From Psychrobacter sp. DM4 (GTDB lineage Bacteria; Pseudomonadota; Gammaproteobacteria; Pseudomonadales; Moraxellaceae), in the NCBI RefSeq assembly GCF_051307035.1, contig NZ_CP195536.1, positions 2,370,001-2,402,000 of the forward strand: 32,000 bases of DNA, written 5' to 3'. A program made the translations under genes and the position numbers. Under the pieces are notes generated by a model. The model was not told where the DNA came from. It did no database searches and saw nothing but the letters and a program-made list of their open reading frames with translations. Shown here piece by piece: positions 1 through 8,560 of this stretch (within the stretch, counting starts at the first letter, position 1; the number at the start of each line of letters is the position of its first letter).

Positions 1-170
1 TGACGTACCTGCTGGATACCCAGCTGCTTGATAAGTGCCTGTCTCTGGCGGCGGCTGTACCAAATAAATACCAGCATTGCGCCAACCGTCATTGCCCAGC
101 AAGACCAGACAAAAACACCATGATTACCCATAGCAATAAATTCAGAAAAACTATAAAAATAAGGCTGCAT
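1..170 (-). CDS. ccmD: Heme exporter protein D (CcmD), partial; C-terminus runs off the left edge
   Basis: Absent from the ORF track because it is truncated. The reverse-strand ATG at 170 translates to MQPYFYSFSEFIAMGNHGVFVWSCWAMTVGAMLVFIWYSRRQRQALIKQLGIQQVR. This is a small single-TM protein with the CcmD-like EF-x-AMG...FVW...MT pattern. It starts 16 nt after the ccmC stop. Confidence 0.75.
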   Translation of the reverse strand, partial: MQPYFYSFSEFIAMGNHGVFVWSCWAMTVGAMLVFIWYSRRQRQALIKQLGIQQVR

Positions 171-186
171 ATATTACTCTCGCAGG

Positions 187-975
187 TTATTTGTGTTGAC
201 CACGTAGATATTCTTTGACCCAAGCTTTGCCTTGATCACGCTGCAAAATTAGCGTATTGGTACGGTATATAGCAAGCGTTGCCACCAGCAAATAGCTGCC
301 GATAATCATAAGCAGTAGCGGCATCCACATATCAGCGGACATCTTTGGCGCTTCGGTTAACGTAAATGTCGCGCCTTGATGTAACGTATTCCACCACTCA
401 ACCGAGTATTTTATAATTGGCAAATTTACTGCGCCAACGACAGATAATATAGCGGCAGCTTTACCGCGATTAGCCGTATGCTCAAACGCTGCAAAGAGTG
501 CCATCACGCCTGCGTACAAAAACGCCAAAATCAGCATAGAAGTCAGACGCGCATCCCATACCCAGTAAGTACCCCACGTCGGCTTAGCCCAAATAGATCC
601 TGTCAACAGACTGAGCACACACAACAAAAACCCTATCGGTGCTAACGCTTGCGCGACTAAATTGGCGGTTTTTATTTTCCAAACCAAGTAGATGACCCCA
701 AGTACCGCCATAGCAAAGTAGATGGAGATTGCGATACTCGCCGCTGGTACATGGATAAAAATAATACGATAGCTGTTGCCTTGCAAGTAATCAGGCGGCG
801 CAAAGGCCAGACCCCAAACGCTACCGATAAGTAGAAAGAGCGTTGCCAAAATGCCCAGCCACTTCACCCAAGGCGCAAAGGTACGAAAGAACTGCTTGGT
901 GCCTACTGTGGTCAAAAAACCTTGCCAAAGGCGCTGCCACAAGCTAGGAGACGAGACGTTATTTAAATTGGGCAT
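187..975 (-). CDS. ccmC: Heme exporter protein C (CcmC)
   Basis: Polytopic membrane protein carrying the Trp-rich heme-handling motif WGTYWVWDARLTS. It sits in ccmA-B-C-D order. The track ORF runs to 1068, but I place the start at the internal Met (MPNLNNVSS..., ATG at 975) to give a typical CcmC length. Confidence 0.9.
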   Translation of the reverse strand: MPNLNNVSSPSLWQRLWQGFLTTVGTKQFFRTFAPWVKWLGILATLFLLIGSVWGLAFAPPDYLQGNSYRIIFIHVPAASIAISIYFAMAVLGVIYLVWKIKTANLVAQALAPIGFLLCVLSLLTGSIWAKPTWGTYWVWDARLTSMLILAFLYAGVMALFAAFEHTANRGKAAAILSVVGAVNLPIIKYSVEWWNTLHQGATFTLTEAPKMSADMWMPLLLMIIGSYLLVATLAIYRTNTLILQRDQGKAWVKEYLRGQHK

Positions 976-1169
976 AGTAGAGCACCTATTGCGCCTAATA
1001 TTGATAAAAGGTTTTGATAATAAGTAGTGATAAAAAGCAGTGTATTGATAAGTAATATCAAAAAGCAAATGGTATAAAAGAGCTGTCGCTTCTTTATGTG
1101 CCTATTATAGCAAAGTTGCCAACGCTCGCCATCTTGTTAGTCTACTGATGGGGTAAATCAGTCATGCTA

Positions 1170-1937
1170 TCAGTTCAGCCAAGACATCTTGAGAGTCAAA
1201 GCAATCACCCACGGCGTCACCAGTACTGAGACGATACTGCCTGCTAGCAATAGCGCTAATACAGGTAAGCCGTTAAGACCGCTGGCAAACAAATCGACTG
1301 CGCCAGTAGCAAAAATCAATACGGGCAGCTGCATCGGGAGCGCAATCAGTGGCACAAGTACTGCGCCGTTTTTGAGCGATAATGTCAAGCTACTGGCTAT
1401 AGCAGATAGCATCAGTAGCATCGGGCTACCGGCAAGGATAGATGCCATCAAGATACCAGCATCAAACCAGCTTAGGCCAAACAAAGGCACGGCAAGTAAG
1501 CTTAGTACCGCGACGATACCACTACTAAATAGCCAATGAATCGACAAACGGATAAGCACCCACAAGGGCAGTGACGCTTTTGCCACAACCAGTTGCGCCA
1601 AGGTGCCATTATCAAGCGCGGGCTTAAATAAGCCATCGACGCCCATAACTAAAGATAACAAAGCTGCAATCCACACCGCAGGTACGCCTAAACGCTGCAA
1701 TAGCTGTGGCTCGGTGCCGACCGATAAGGGAAACAAAGTAATAACGACTAAGAATAACACTAAAGGATAGAGCCACTGTACCGCGCCTTGCTGCTTGACG
1801 TGCCATTCGCGCCGCCACAATTGCACAAAGCTGATTTGACGCAAAGTAGAGGTATTTGCTACGCGATTGATTTCTCTGTTTGCGTTGTTTGCATTGTGAT
1901 CTACAACTGCTGGTTGTGCTCGACTCTCTAACATCAT
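1170..1937 (-). CDS. ccmB: Heme exporter permease (CcmB)
   Basis: Aligns by eye with E. coli CcmB (LFLVVITLFPLSVGTEPQLL..., LPLIALPMQLPVLIFATGA). It has an N-terminal extension of about 35 aa. The start is ambiguous between GTG at 1949 and ATG at 1937 or 1934. Confidence 0.88.
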   Translation of the reverse strand: MMLESRAQPAVVDHNANNANREINRVANTSTLRQISFVQLWRREWHVKQQGAVQWLYPLVLFLVVITLFPLSVGTEPQLLQRLGVPAVWIAALLSLVMGVDGLFKPALDNGTLAQLVVAKASLPLWVLIRLSIHWLFSSGIVAVLSLLAVPLFGLSWFDAGILMASILAGSPMLLMLSAIASSLTLSLKNGAVLVPLIALPMQLPVLIFATGAVDLFASGLNGLPVLALLLAGSIVSVLVTPWVIALTLKMSWLN

Positions 1938-1958
1938 ACACCCTTTCACTTATCGCAT

Positions 1959-2627
1959 TTAAGCCATGTACTCTGACAAATCAAGCATTTGATCCGCGAC
2001 GCCAACCGACTGATGGCTGGTCATCAGTATCGACCCGCCTGCCGCTGTAAACTTGCGTAGTCTATGCTCCATACGCGCGACCATATCGACATCTAGTGCC
2101 GTAAAAGGCTCATCAAGTAGCCATAGCGGCGTGATATCAGGCGTTAATAAGTACAGCCGAGCCAAGGTAATTCGCCGCGTCTGACCTGCGGATAGATGAC
2201 TTGAGCTTAAATCCTCAAACCCTTGCAGACCTACCCACTCTAGCGCCTCGTTAATCTCGGTAAATGTCGGCGATACGCCATACAAATTCAGTAAAAATGT
2301 CAAATTCTGTGCCACAGTGAGACTCGGATGAATACCTAATTGGTGCGAGACATAGAGCGGCTGCACGGGTAGTCCAACTTGACCTTGGTAATGCACCAAG
2401 CCCGTTAGCACAGGTAATAGTCCTGCCAGTTGCATAAGTAGCGTCGTCTTACCCGTACCATTAGCCCCTATCAGATGACAGATATCCCCCGCAGCCAAGT
2501 CAAGATTGACGCTGGTGCATAGCGGCAACTCTCCACGTTGAACCGTCACATTATCAAGTGTCAATGTAGACATATTTGCTGTGTTTATAGCTATGGATGA
2601 ATCAGATAAAGGCGAAGCGGTCATCAA
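1959..2627 (-). CDS. ccmA: Heme-exporting ABC ATPase (CcmA)
   Basis: Walker A GANGTGKTTLL, ABC signature LSAGQTRRITLA and Walker B LWLLDEPFTALD. It lies directly upstream of ccmB. An alternative start at 2573 (MSTLTLDNV) would match E. coli CcmA spacing better. Confidence 0.9.
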   Translation of the reverse strand: MMTASPLSDSSIAINTANMSTLTLDNVTVQRGELPLCTSVNLDLAAGDICHLIGANGTGKTTLLMQLAGLLPVLTGLVHYQGQVGLPVQPLYVSHQLGIHPSLTVAQNLTFLLNLYGVSPTFTEINEALEWVGLQGFEDLSSSHLSAGQTRRITLARLYLLTPDITPLWLLDEPFTALDVDMVARMEHRLRKFTAAGGSILMTSHQSVGVADQMLDLSEYMA

Positions 2628-2787
2628 AATCTCTTATGGTTTATAATGTGTGAGCTCAGTTGTTTTATTGATATCGCTTGGCAAATAAACCAAGCCGTAA
2701 ACAAGTATCACAACAATAATCAGCACAACTCGCCCGTTCGTTCATGGCATAATACATTTTGCGCGTCACTGCCCACATTATAACAAA

Positions 2788-3873
2788 TTGTTGACTACTA
2801 TGGCCTCAAAACATATGCAAACCCCATCTATTGAAGACACCTCTATTACAAACGACTCTGCAAATATCGCAGGTATAGACGGCTTAATACAAGCACAAGT
2901 CACTTTTATGCGAGAGTGGCTCCGCGGGCAAGCCGAGCCATTGGCGCTTGAAGCGTGGCATTGGCTTGGCGCGCAGCCGATGAGCCGCTACATTAGTAGC
3001 CTAGATATTCAGCATCTAATCAACAATTGGCTCCTCACTCATCCGATAAGTGAGGTTGTCCGTAAAGACATTCGCGATATTATGCATACGGTCATTTATC
3101 ATCCTGTCAATGATACTATGCCACTACGAGAGCTAGTCGATGACACCCAAATTGAGACTCTTGCTACTTATATTGGCAGTCATGATGAGCAGCGCAATGC
3201 TCTGATTCACAGCTTTATTGGTAACGAAGCGTTTGCTGATCTATTGACCCAAACCTTGTACCACGCTATCAACGACTTTATGGAAACTACGCTCGATAAG
3301 GCAGGCGGCGTGGGTAAACTTATGAAGATGGGACGCAGCTCATTTGAAAGAGCCACCAACAGCAATCTTGATGGGAAACTGCAAACCTACTTACATCGCA
3401 ATATCAAAGATTTGACGCGGCGTGCTGAGAGCAATGCGCAAGAGCATCTATCAAATGAAGAAGTCACGCGCATGCTAACAACGGGCTGGGCACGCATCAA
3501 AGACAAGCCTGTTAGTGAGTTACAGACTTATCTCAGTGATGAGCCAAACCATAGCAGTATCGATCATATCGAGGCAAGCATCCAGCAAAGCTACAACCGT
3601 TTGCGCATATCGCCTTATCTGCATAGTTTGATAGCCGCCAGCGTCGAGACATGGTTTGCCACTCATCAAGATGACACGATTGCGAGTTTGGCCAGCAGTT
3701 TGTATATTGACGAGCAAGCAGTAGCGCAGGCCAGCCAAGTCCTGTTACCACTCGCCCATGATGCTATTGACAGTCCTTGGTTCAGTACTCATATTGAGCA
3801 GATGCTCCACGCTTTTTATGCACAAGATACTATTAAAAGTAGTCTGGCAAATGGGTTATTATCTGACAGCTAA
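2788..3873 (+). CDS. Hypothetical protein (361 aa), no motif recognised
   Basis: Long ORF with normal composition and no competing ORF. The start is uncertain (TTG at 2788 or ATG at 2800). It reads as a soluble, helical-looking protein with recurring W-F-x-T-H motifs (ETWFATHQDD, SPWFSTHIEQ). Confidence 0.75.
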   Translation: MLTTMASKHMQTPSIEDTSITNDSANIAGIDGLIQAQVTFMREWLRGQAEPLALEAWHWLGAQPMSRYISSLDIQHLINNWLLTHPISEVVRKDIRDIMHTVIYHPVNDTMPLRELVDDTQIETLATYIGSHDEQRNALIHSFIGNEAFADLLTQTLYHAINDFMETTLDKAGGVGKLMKMGRSSFERATNSNLDGKLQTYLHRNIKDLTRRAESNAQEHLSNEEVTRMLTTGWARIKDKPVSELQTYLSDEPNHSSIDHIEASIQQSYNRLRISPYLHSLIAASVETWFATHQDDTIASLASSLYIDEQAVAQASQVLLPLAHDAIDSPWFSTHIEQMLHAFYAQDTIKSSLANGLLSDS

Positions 3874-3907
3874 AATCAGTATTTATTTGATAGTTGTATT
3901 TACTTGA

Positions 3908-3953
3908 GTCTGTTGAACAGTCATAAATGAACATCGCTGATAGTTCAACAGAC
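3908..3953. other. Perfect 11-bp inverted repeat (gtctgttgaac ... gttcaacagac) with a 24-nt spacer
   Basis: Read directly: arms at 3908-3918 and 3943-3953, between the 361-aa ORF and the YbjN-like ORF. No T-run follows, so it is not a canonical intrinsic terminator. Confidence 0.5.
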
Positions 3954-4002
3954 CCTTATTACTATGAATCATCGTTAACGATAAGCAGTCACTACCGCAA
4001 TT

Positions 4003-4719
4003 ATGAGCCACGACAACAAACTCAGCTTATGGCAAAAACTCAAACGGTTATTGACCTCACCTGCACCGCAGCCTGCATCGATTGAGCGCTCGCAAACAGC
4101 CGAGCGACTACAGACTGCTGATAGAGCGTCGCAAGATACCCCCTCTATTGCTAAAGCAAACCCTAAAGTCTCTTTAGTGAAACCGCGCCCTGCTAGCCCA
4201 ATTGTCGATACCATCAAGCAGTTTTTGCAAGACAAGCATTGGCACTACACTTACTATCGACCTAGAGCCGATGATTCTCAGCAGTCGCATCATTTGTCTT
4301 TGCGGATGCGTAACGGGCAGCTTGATTGCGGATATCTGTTTCGAATACAAGAAAAGAACGCTTTACTGGCTTTTTACGGTATCTTGCCGTTTATGATACC
4401 TGAGAGTCATCAGAGTGCTGCGATGCTACTGGTCACCCAAATCAATTACGATATGATTATTGGCAATCTAGAGATGGATGTACGTGACGGCGAGATACGT
4501 TACAAAAACGCTATCGATGTTGAAGCTATCGGCTTAGATGACGATATTATCGAGCAATTGCTCCAAAGCGTAGTGGCGATGACGACGGTGTCTTTTGAGA
4601 TCTTTGATGACTTGCTCAACTTTGAGAATCCAAGCGAAGATATCCAAACTTTGCTCCTAGAATTACGGCAACAATCAGACGCACGTACCTTTTATTTACC
4701 GACGCAGTTTGTACAATAG
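4003..4719 (+). CDS. YbjN-like (type III secretion chaperone-like fold family) protein with a disordered Pro/Ala/Ser/Gln-rich N-terminus
   Basis: The C-terminal 160 aa or so (HWHYTYYRP...LLAFYGILPFMIPESHQSAAMLLVTQINYDMIIGNLEMDVRDGEIRYKNAIDVE...) resembles the YbjN family pattern. The N-terminal 70 aa or so are low complexity. The family call is tentative. Confidence 0.6.
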   Translation: MSHDNKLSLWQKLKRLLTSPAPQPASIERSQTAERLQTADRASQDTPSIAKANPKVSLVKPRPASPIVDTIKQFLQDKHWHYTYYRPRADDSQQSHHLSLRMRNGQLDCGYLFRIQEKNALLAFYGILPFMIPESHQSAAMLLVTQINYDMIIGNLEMDVRDGEIRYKNAIDVEAIGLDDDIIEQLLQSVVAMTTVSFEIFDDLLNFENPSEDIQTLLLELRQQSDARTFYLPTQFVQ

Positions 4720-4777
4720 CTTTTATAAATGTGTTTGACAGCTCTAGCTTTTATTATTTCGCCCTCATCAAACTTTT

Positions 4778-4805
4778 TATCTTAAAACCAAACTATCTTA
4801 AAACC
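4778..4805. repeat. Direct repeat tatcttaaaacc x2 (16-bp period) just upstream of the deacetylase start
   Basis: Read directly: copies at 4778-4789 and 4794-4805. The second copy ends 10 nt before the ATG at 4816. Confidence 0.5.
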
Positions 4806-4815
4806 GAAAACACCT

Positions 4816-5745
4816 ATGCTAAAAATTGCCTACTCAGATATCTTTCGCTATTCGGTACCCGACAAGCACCGCTTTCCTATGCAAAAGTATACGATGATTC
4901 CTGAGCGCCTGCTGCGTGAAGGTACGATTACCCCTGATAATTTCTTTGCGCCTAAGCGCTTGAGTGAAGATGAGATTTTGACTACGCATACGCCAGAGTA
5001 CTGGTACAAATTGAAGACTCAAACCTTGACGCGCAAAGAGGCGCGTCCGATAGGTTTTGAGATGACGCCTGAACTGGTCAATCGTGGTCGGCATATCGCT
5101 CATGCCACTTATGAGTGTGCGCTATACGCTCAAGAGTATGGCGTAGCGATGAATGTCGCAGGCGGCACCCACCATGCTTTTGCTGATCATGGTGAGGGGT
5201 TTTGTGTGTTGAACGATGTGTGTATCGCTAGCAACTTATTACTGAGCCGTGAACAGGCAAAACAGATTTTGATCATTGATTTGGATGTGCATCAAGGCAA
5301 TGGTAATGCCAGTATCATGATAAATGAGCCGCGCGTTTTTGTCTTTAGTATGCATGGTGCCAAGAACTATCCATTTCGTAAAGAGACCTCTGATCTAGAT
5401 ATCGAATTTGCCAACGATACGGGTGACGAGGAATATTTACAGGTGTTGCACGATACTCTACCGCGTCTAATCCGTGATGTTGCACCCGATATGATCTTTT
5501 ATCAGTCAGCGGTAGATGTATTGGCAACGGACAAACTCGGTAAGCTTGGGTTGACTCAAGCGGGTTGCAAAGCACGCGACGAGTATGTCTTGCATCAAGC
5601 AAAAGCTGCGAGTATTCCAGTGGCTATCGTCATGGGCGGCGGTTATTCAGAGGATATTGAGGATGTGGTCGAGGCGCATTGCAATACCTTTCGCGTAGCA
5701 CAGCAGATTTATTTTGATAAAGCTACTCAATGCAATGAGGCGTAA
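4816..5745 (+). CDS. Histone deacetylase (HDAC)-family Zn-dependent deacetylase/amidohydrolase
   Basis: Hallmark HDAC motifs GGTHHAFADHGEGFCVLNDV and DLDVHQGNG, plus a C-terminal MGGGY. A length of about 309 aa is typical of bacterial HDAC-like proteins. Confidence 0.9.
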   Translation: MLKIAYSDIFRYSVPDKHRFPMQKYTMIPERLLREGTITPDNFFAPKRLSEDEILTTHTPEYWYKLKTQTLTRKEARPIGFEMTPELVNRGRHIAHATYECALYAQEYGVAMNVAGGTHHAFADHGEGFCVLNDVCIASNLLLSREQAKQILIIDLDVHQGNGNASIMINEPRVFVFSMHGAKNYPFRKETSDLDIEFANDTGDEEYLQVLHDTLPRLIRDVAPDMIFYQSAVDVLATDKLGKLGLTQAGCKARDEYVLHQAKAASIPVAIVMGGGYSEDIEDVVEAHCNTFRVAQQIYFDKATQCNEA

Positions 5746-5763
5746 GAACAAGGTATAAATTTT

Positions 5764-5970
5764 ATGGCGAAAATATTGATTGTTGTAGGTATTGCGTTTG
5801 TTGTTATCGGTATCATTTGGCTGCTATTTCCAAATGTATTTTCTTGGATTGGTAATATGCCAGGAGATATCAAACACACCTCAGGCAATACCCGCGTGTA
5901 CTTCCCGATTGTCTCTATGATTGTCATAAGTATAGTAGCGACTATTCTGTTGAACCTATTTAATCGTTAA
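5764..5970 (+). CDS. DUF2905-family small membrane protein
   Basis: A 68-aa protein with two TM segments and a central GNMPGDIKHTSGNTRVYFPI motif, characteristic of DUF2905. It starts 19 nt after the deacetylase gene. Confidence 0.7.
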   Translation: MAKILIVVGIAFVVIGIIWLLFPNVFSWIGNMPGDIKHTSGNTRVYFPIVSMIVISIVATILLNLFNR

Positions 5971-6096
5971 GTATAAGTACTCTTGATATACATATTGAAT
6001 TTGGCAATACCGTCTAAGTGCTGTCATTATTTACCGCGTTTATCGTAATGCTATAGGTGAAAATCTGTAGCGAAAACGCTGGCAGCGAAAGCACTA

Positions 6097-7473
6097 CTAG
6101 CCATGCCGGCGCTGCCCGATAGTCTCACCGATAATAGTAGCTAGCTGCTTAGCAATATCATCTTTACTGGCCTTGTCTAAGCTTATCGCCTCGCGCTCAT
6201 AGTCTTTTGCAAAAAATACTTGCATGGCATTGTCGTCGCTAGCAAAGCCAATGTCTGAACGTGAGACATCATTACACGCGATGATATCCAAATCTTTTGC
6301 GACCAGCTTGCCGCGCGCGTAGTGCTCAACATCTTGTGTCTCAGCGGCGAAGCCCACAACGAATAGTTCAGGATGAGCAAGAGAGATAGTCGCTAAAATA
6401 TCAGGGTTTTTGACGAGGCTTAAGCTCATAGCCTCTTGGGTTTTTTTGATTTTTTGCGGAGCTGCTTCTTCAGTACGGTAGTCGGCGACAGCGGCAGTAG
6501 CGATAAAAATATCTGCCACACGCGTATCATGTTTTTCGGACGTATTATCATCCGTTTGTACATCATCACAGTCGCCATGCTCATGTTCGTGTTCGTGAAG
6601 ATGAGCGTGCGCGGCATAGGATTGATGGTCTGAATTTGGCGTCTTATCTATGGCCACAATAGCACTGTGCGTCCCTTCAACACACTGCTGCGCGGCAATA
6701 AGCATATCTTTTGCAGACAGCACATCAATACGTGTGACCCCAAGCGGCGTCGGTAGCGCCACTTTACCACCTGCGATTAGAATGACCTCAGCGCCAGCGT
6801 ACTGACACGCTTGCGCTAAAGCAAATCCCATCTTACCTGATGAATGATTGGATAAATACCGTACTGGATCTATCGCCTCGACCGTCGGTCCTGCGGTGAT
6901 GACCACGCGCTTACCCGTGAGCAATTGCGGTATATGTCTTTGCGCGTTAAACAGCAGCACCTCATTAAGTAATTGCTCAGGCTCAGGCAAACGTCCAGCG
7001 CCAACATCCCCGCAAGCTTGCTCACCGCTTGCAGGAGTGATGATATGATAATTCATATCGCGTAGGGTCTGTATATTGAGACTGACCGCAGGATGCGCCC
7101 ACATTTGCTGATTCATCGCAGGCGCTATGATGACAGGCGCGGTCGTCGCTAGACATACCGTTGTGAGCAGATCATCTGCCATCCCCATCGCCAGACGAGC
7201 TAGCGTATTGGCAGACGCTGGAGCGATGACGACGAGATCCGCCCATCTGGCCAGTTCAATATGACCCATGCCCGCCTCAGCTTTTTCATCGAGCAATGAG
7301 GTATGTACCTCGTTACCTGTCAAAGCTTGCAAGGTCAACGGCGTGATAAAGGCTTGCGCGCCCGTTGTCATAATGACGCGCACATCAAACCCAGCTTTGA
7401 TTAATAAACGGGCAAAAAAGGCAGATTTATAAGCAGCGATACCGCCAGTAATTGCGAGTACGATATTTGACAT
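6097..7473 (-). CDS. coaBC: Bifunctional phosphopantothenoylcysteine decarboxylase / phosphopantothenate-cysteine ligase (CoaBC/Dfp)
   Basis: N-terminal flavoprotein domain (ITGGIAAYKS, PAMNQQMW) and C-terminal CoaB domain (SNHSSGKMG, AAVADYR, VGFAAET). It contains an atypical insertion of about 50 aa, described in the findings. Confidence 0.92.
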   Translation of the reverse strand: MSNIVLAITGGIAAYKSAFFARLLIKAGFDVRVIMTTGAQAFITPLTLQALTGNEVHTSLLDEKAEAGMGHIELARWADLVVIAPASANTLARLAMGMADDLLTTVCLATTAPVIIAPAMNQQMWAHPAVSLNIQTLRDMNYHIITPASGEQACGDVGAGRLPEPEQLLNEVLLFNAQRHIPQLLTGKRVVITAGPTVEAIDPVRYLSNHSSGKMGFALAQACQYAGAEVILIAGGKVALPTPLGVTRIDVLSAKDMLIAAQQCVEGTHSAIVAIDKTPNSDHQSYAAHAHLHEHEHEHGDCDDVQTDDNTSEKHDTRVADIFIATAAVADYRTEEAAPQKIKKTQEAMSLSLVKNPDILATISLAHPELFVVGFAAETQDVEHYARGKLVAKDLDIIACNDVSRSDIGFASDDNAMQVFFAKDYEREAISLDKASKDDIAKQLATIIGETIGQRRHG

Positions 7474-7603
7474 AAGCAGGTCATCAATTAGATAAAGGAT
7501 TAAAATTGCACATATAGTAACAATTATGCGATAAATTAGATAAGGTTTTGCGTATTAAGAGTCGTAGGCCTTCATTCAGAAGAAGAACTTACAAGGAAAC
7601 ATA

Positions 7604-8287
7604 ATGGCGATTAAAGACTGGCATGAAGATGATAGACCGCGTGAAAAACTATTAAAATTTGGCGCCGCACATCTATCAGACGCTGAAGTTTTAGCCATAT
7701 TTTTGCGTACGGGTACGCAGTCGCAGTCTGCTATCGAGCTGGCACGCCATTTGATTGATCATTTTGGCAGTTTAGCTGAGCTACTGGCCGCGCCCAAAGA
7801 TAGGGTACTCGCCTGCCACGGTATCGGACCTGCCAAATACGCGCAGATATTAGCCTCCCTCGAAATGGGCACCCGTTATCTGGACAGTAAGCTCAAGACA
7901 GGCCAAGCGCTCGGACGCTCACAAGTGGTCAAGGACTATATCAGTACCCAACTGCGCGGTGAGCATCGTGAAGTTTTCGCCGTACTGTGCTTAGATAACG
8001 CGCTTAACTTACTTAACTTTGAGATACTGTTCACAGGCGGCATCTCGTCTTGCTCAGTTTGTATCAAGCATGTGCTGCGTCATGCTCTGAGTCATGCAGC
8101 AAGTCAGCTTATCATCGCTCACAATCATCCGCATACGGATGCCAAACCATCAAGCGCTGACAATACATTGACTCATGAGCTCAAAAAAGCCTGCGATCTA
8201 TTAGATTTATCTCTAATAGATCATATTATCGTTGGTCGCAACGAGACATTATCTTACGCTGAGAGCAGCTTGACACCCTTTAATTAG
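7604..8287 (+). CDS. radC: RadC/YicR-family JAMM-motif protein
   Basis: N-terminal HhH-like region (RPREKLLKFGAAHLSDAEVLAIFLRTG) and C-terminal JAMM-like motif HNHPHTDAKPSSAD. It is divergent from coaBC, a common gammaproteobacterial arrangement. Confidence 0.88.
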   Translation: MAIKDWHEDDRPREKLLKFGAAHLSDAEVLAIFLRTGTQSQSAIELARHLIDHFGSLAELLAAPKDRVLACHGIGPAKYAQILASLEMGTRYLDSKLKTGQALGRSQVVKDYISTQLRGEHREVFAVLCLDNALNLLNFEILFTGGISSCSVCIKHVLRHALSHAASQLIIAHNHPHTDAKPSSADNTLTHELKKACDLLDLSLIDHIIVGRNETLSYAESSLTPFN

Positions 8288-8560
8288 GATTTTCTTGTAT
8301 ATTTTTATGCTAATAGATAGTCATCAGCGAGCTACTATACTAGTCTGTAAGACAAGGCATGCGTCTTATTCATTCTTATCGCTACATATTCTTGCACTTT
8401 ATCTATTGATAGTTGTTAAGAACGCTTTCATAGTAGTAGACAACTTTGTGTAAGTCATTTGTAGACGATATTAGCGCTTATCTAATGTCGTAGATGAGCA
8501 TGTTTTTACTACTTATACTCTCAATTAGGCTTAATACTTAATATTAAAAAGGAGACAGTC

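Noticed and set aside
1189-1941. Track ORFs 1189-1539 (+) and 1624-1941 (-) overlapping ccmB
   Set aside because: They lie antisense to, or out of frame with, a well-supported ccmB. Their products are low-complexity (Ser/Ala/Thr- or Arg/Ser/Cys-rich) with no motifs. They are typical shadow ORFs.
3520-4235. Minus-strand ORFs 3520-3738, 3533-3751 and 3975-4235, and plus-strand ORF 4202-4396
   Set aside because: All are embedded in, or overlap, longer plus-strand ORFs with better composition. The products are Cys/Arg/Trp-rich and have no ribosome-binding context.
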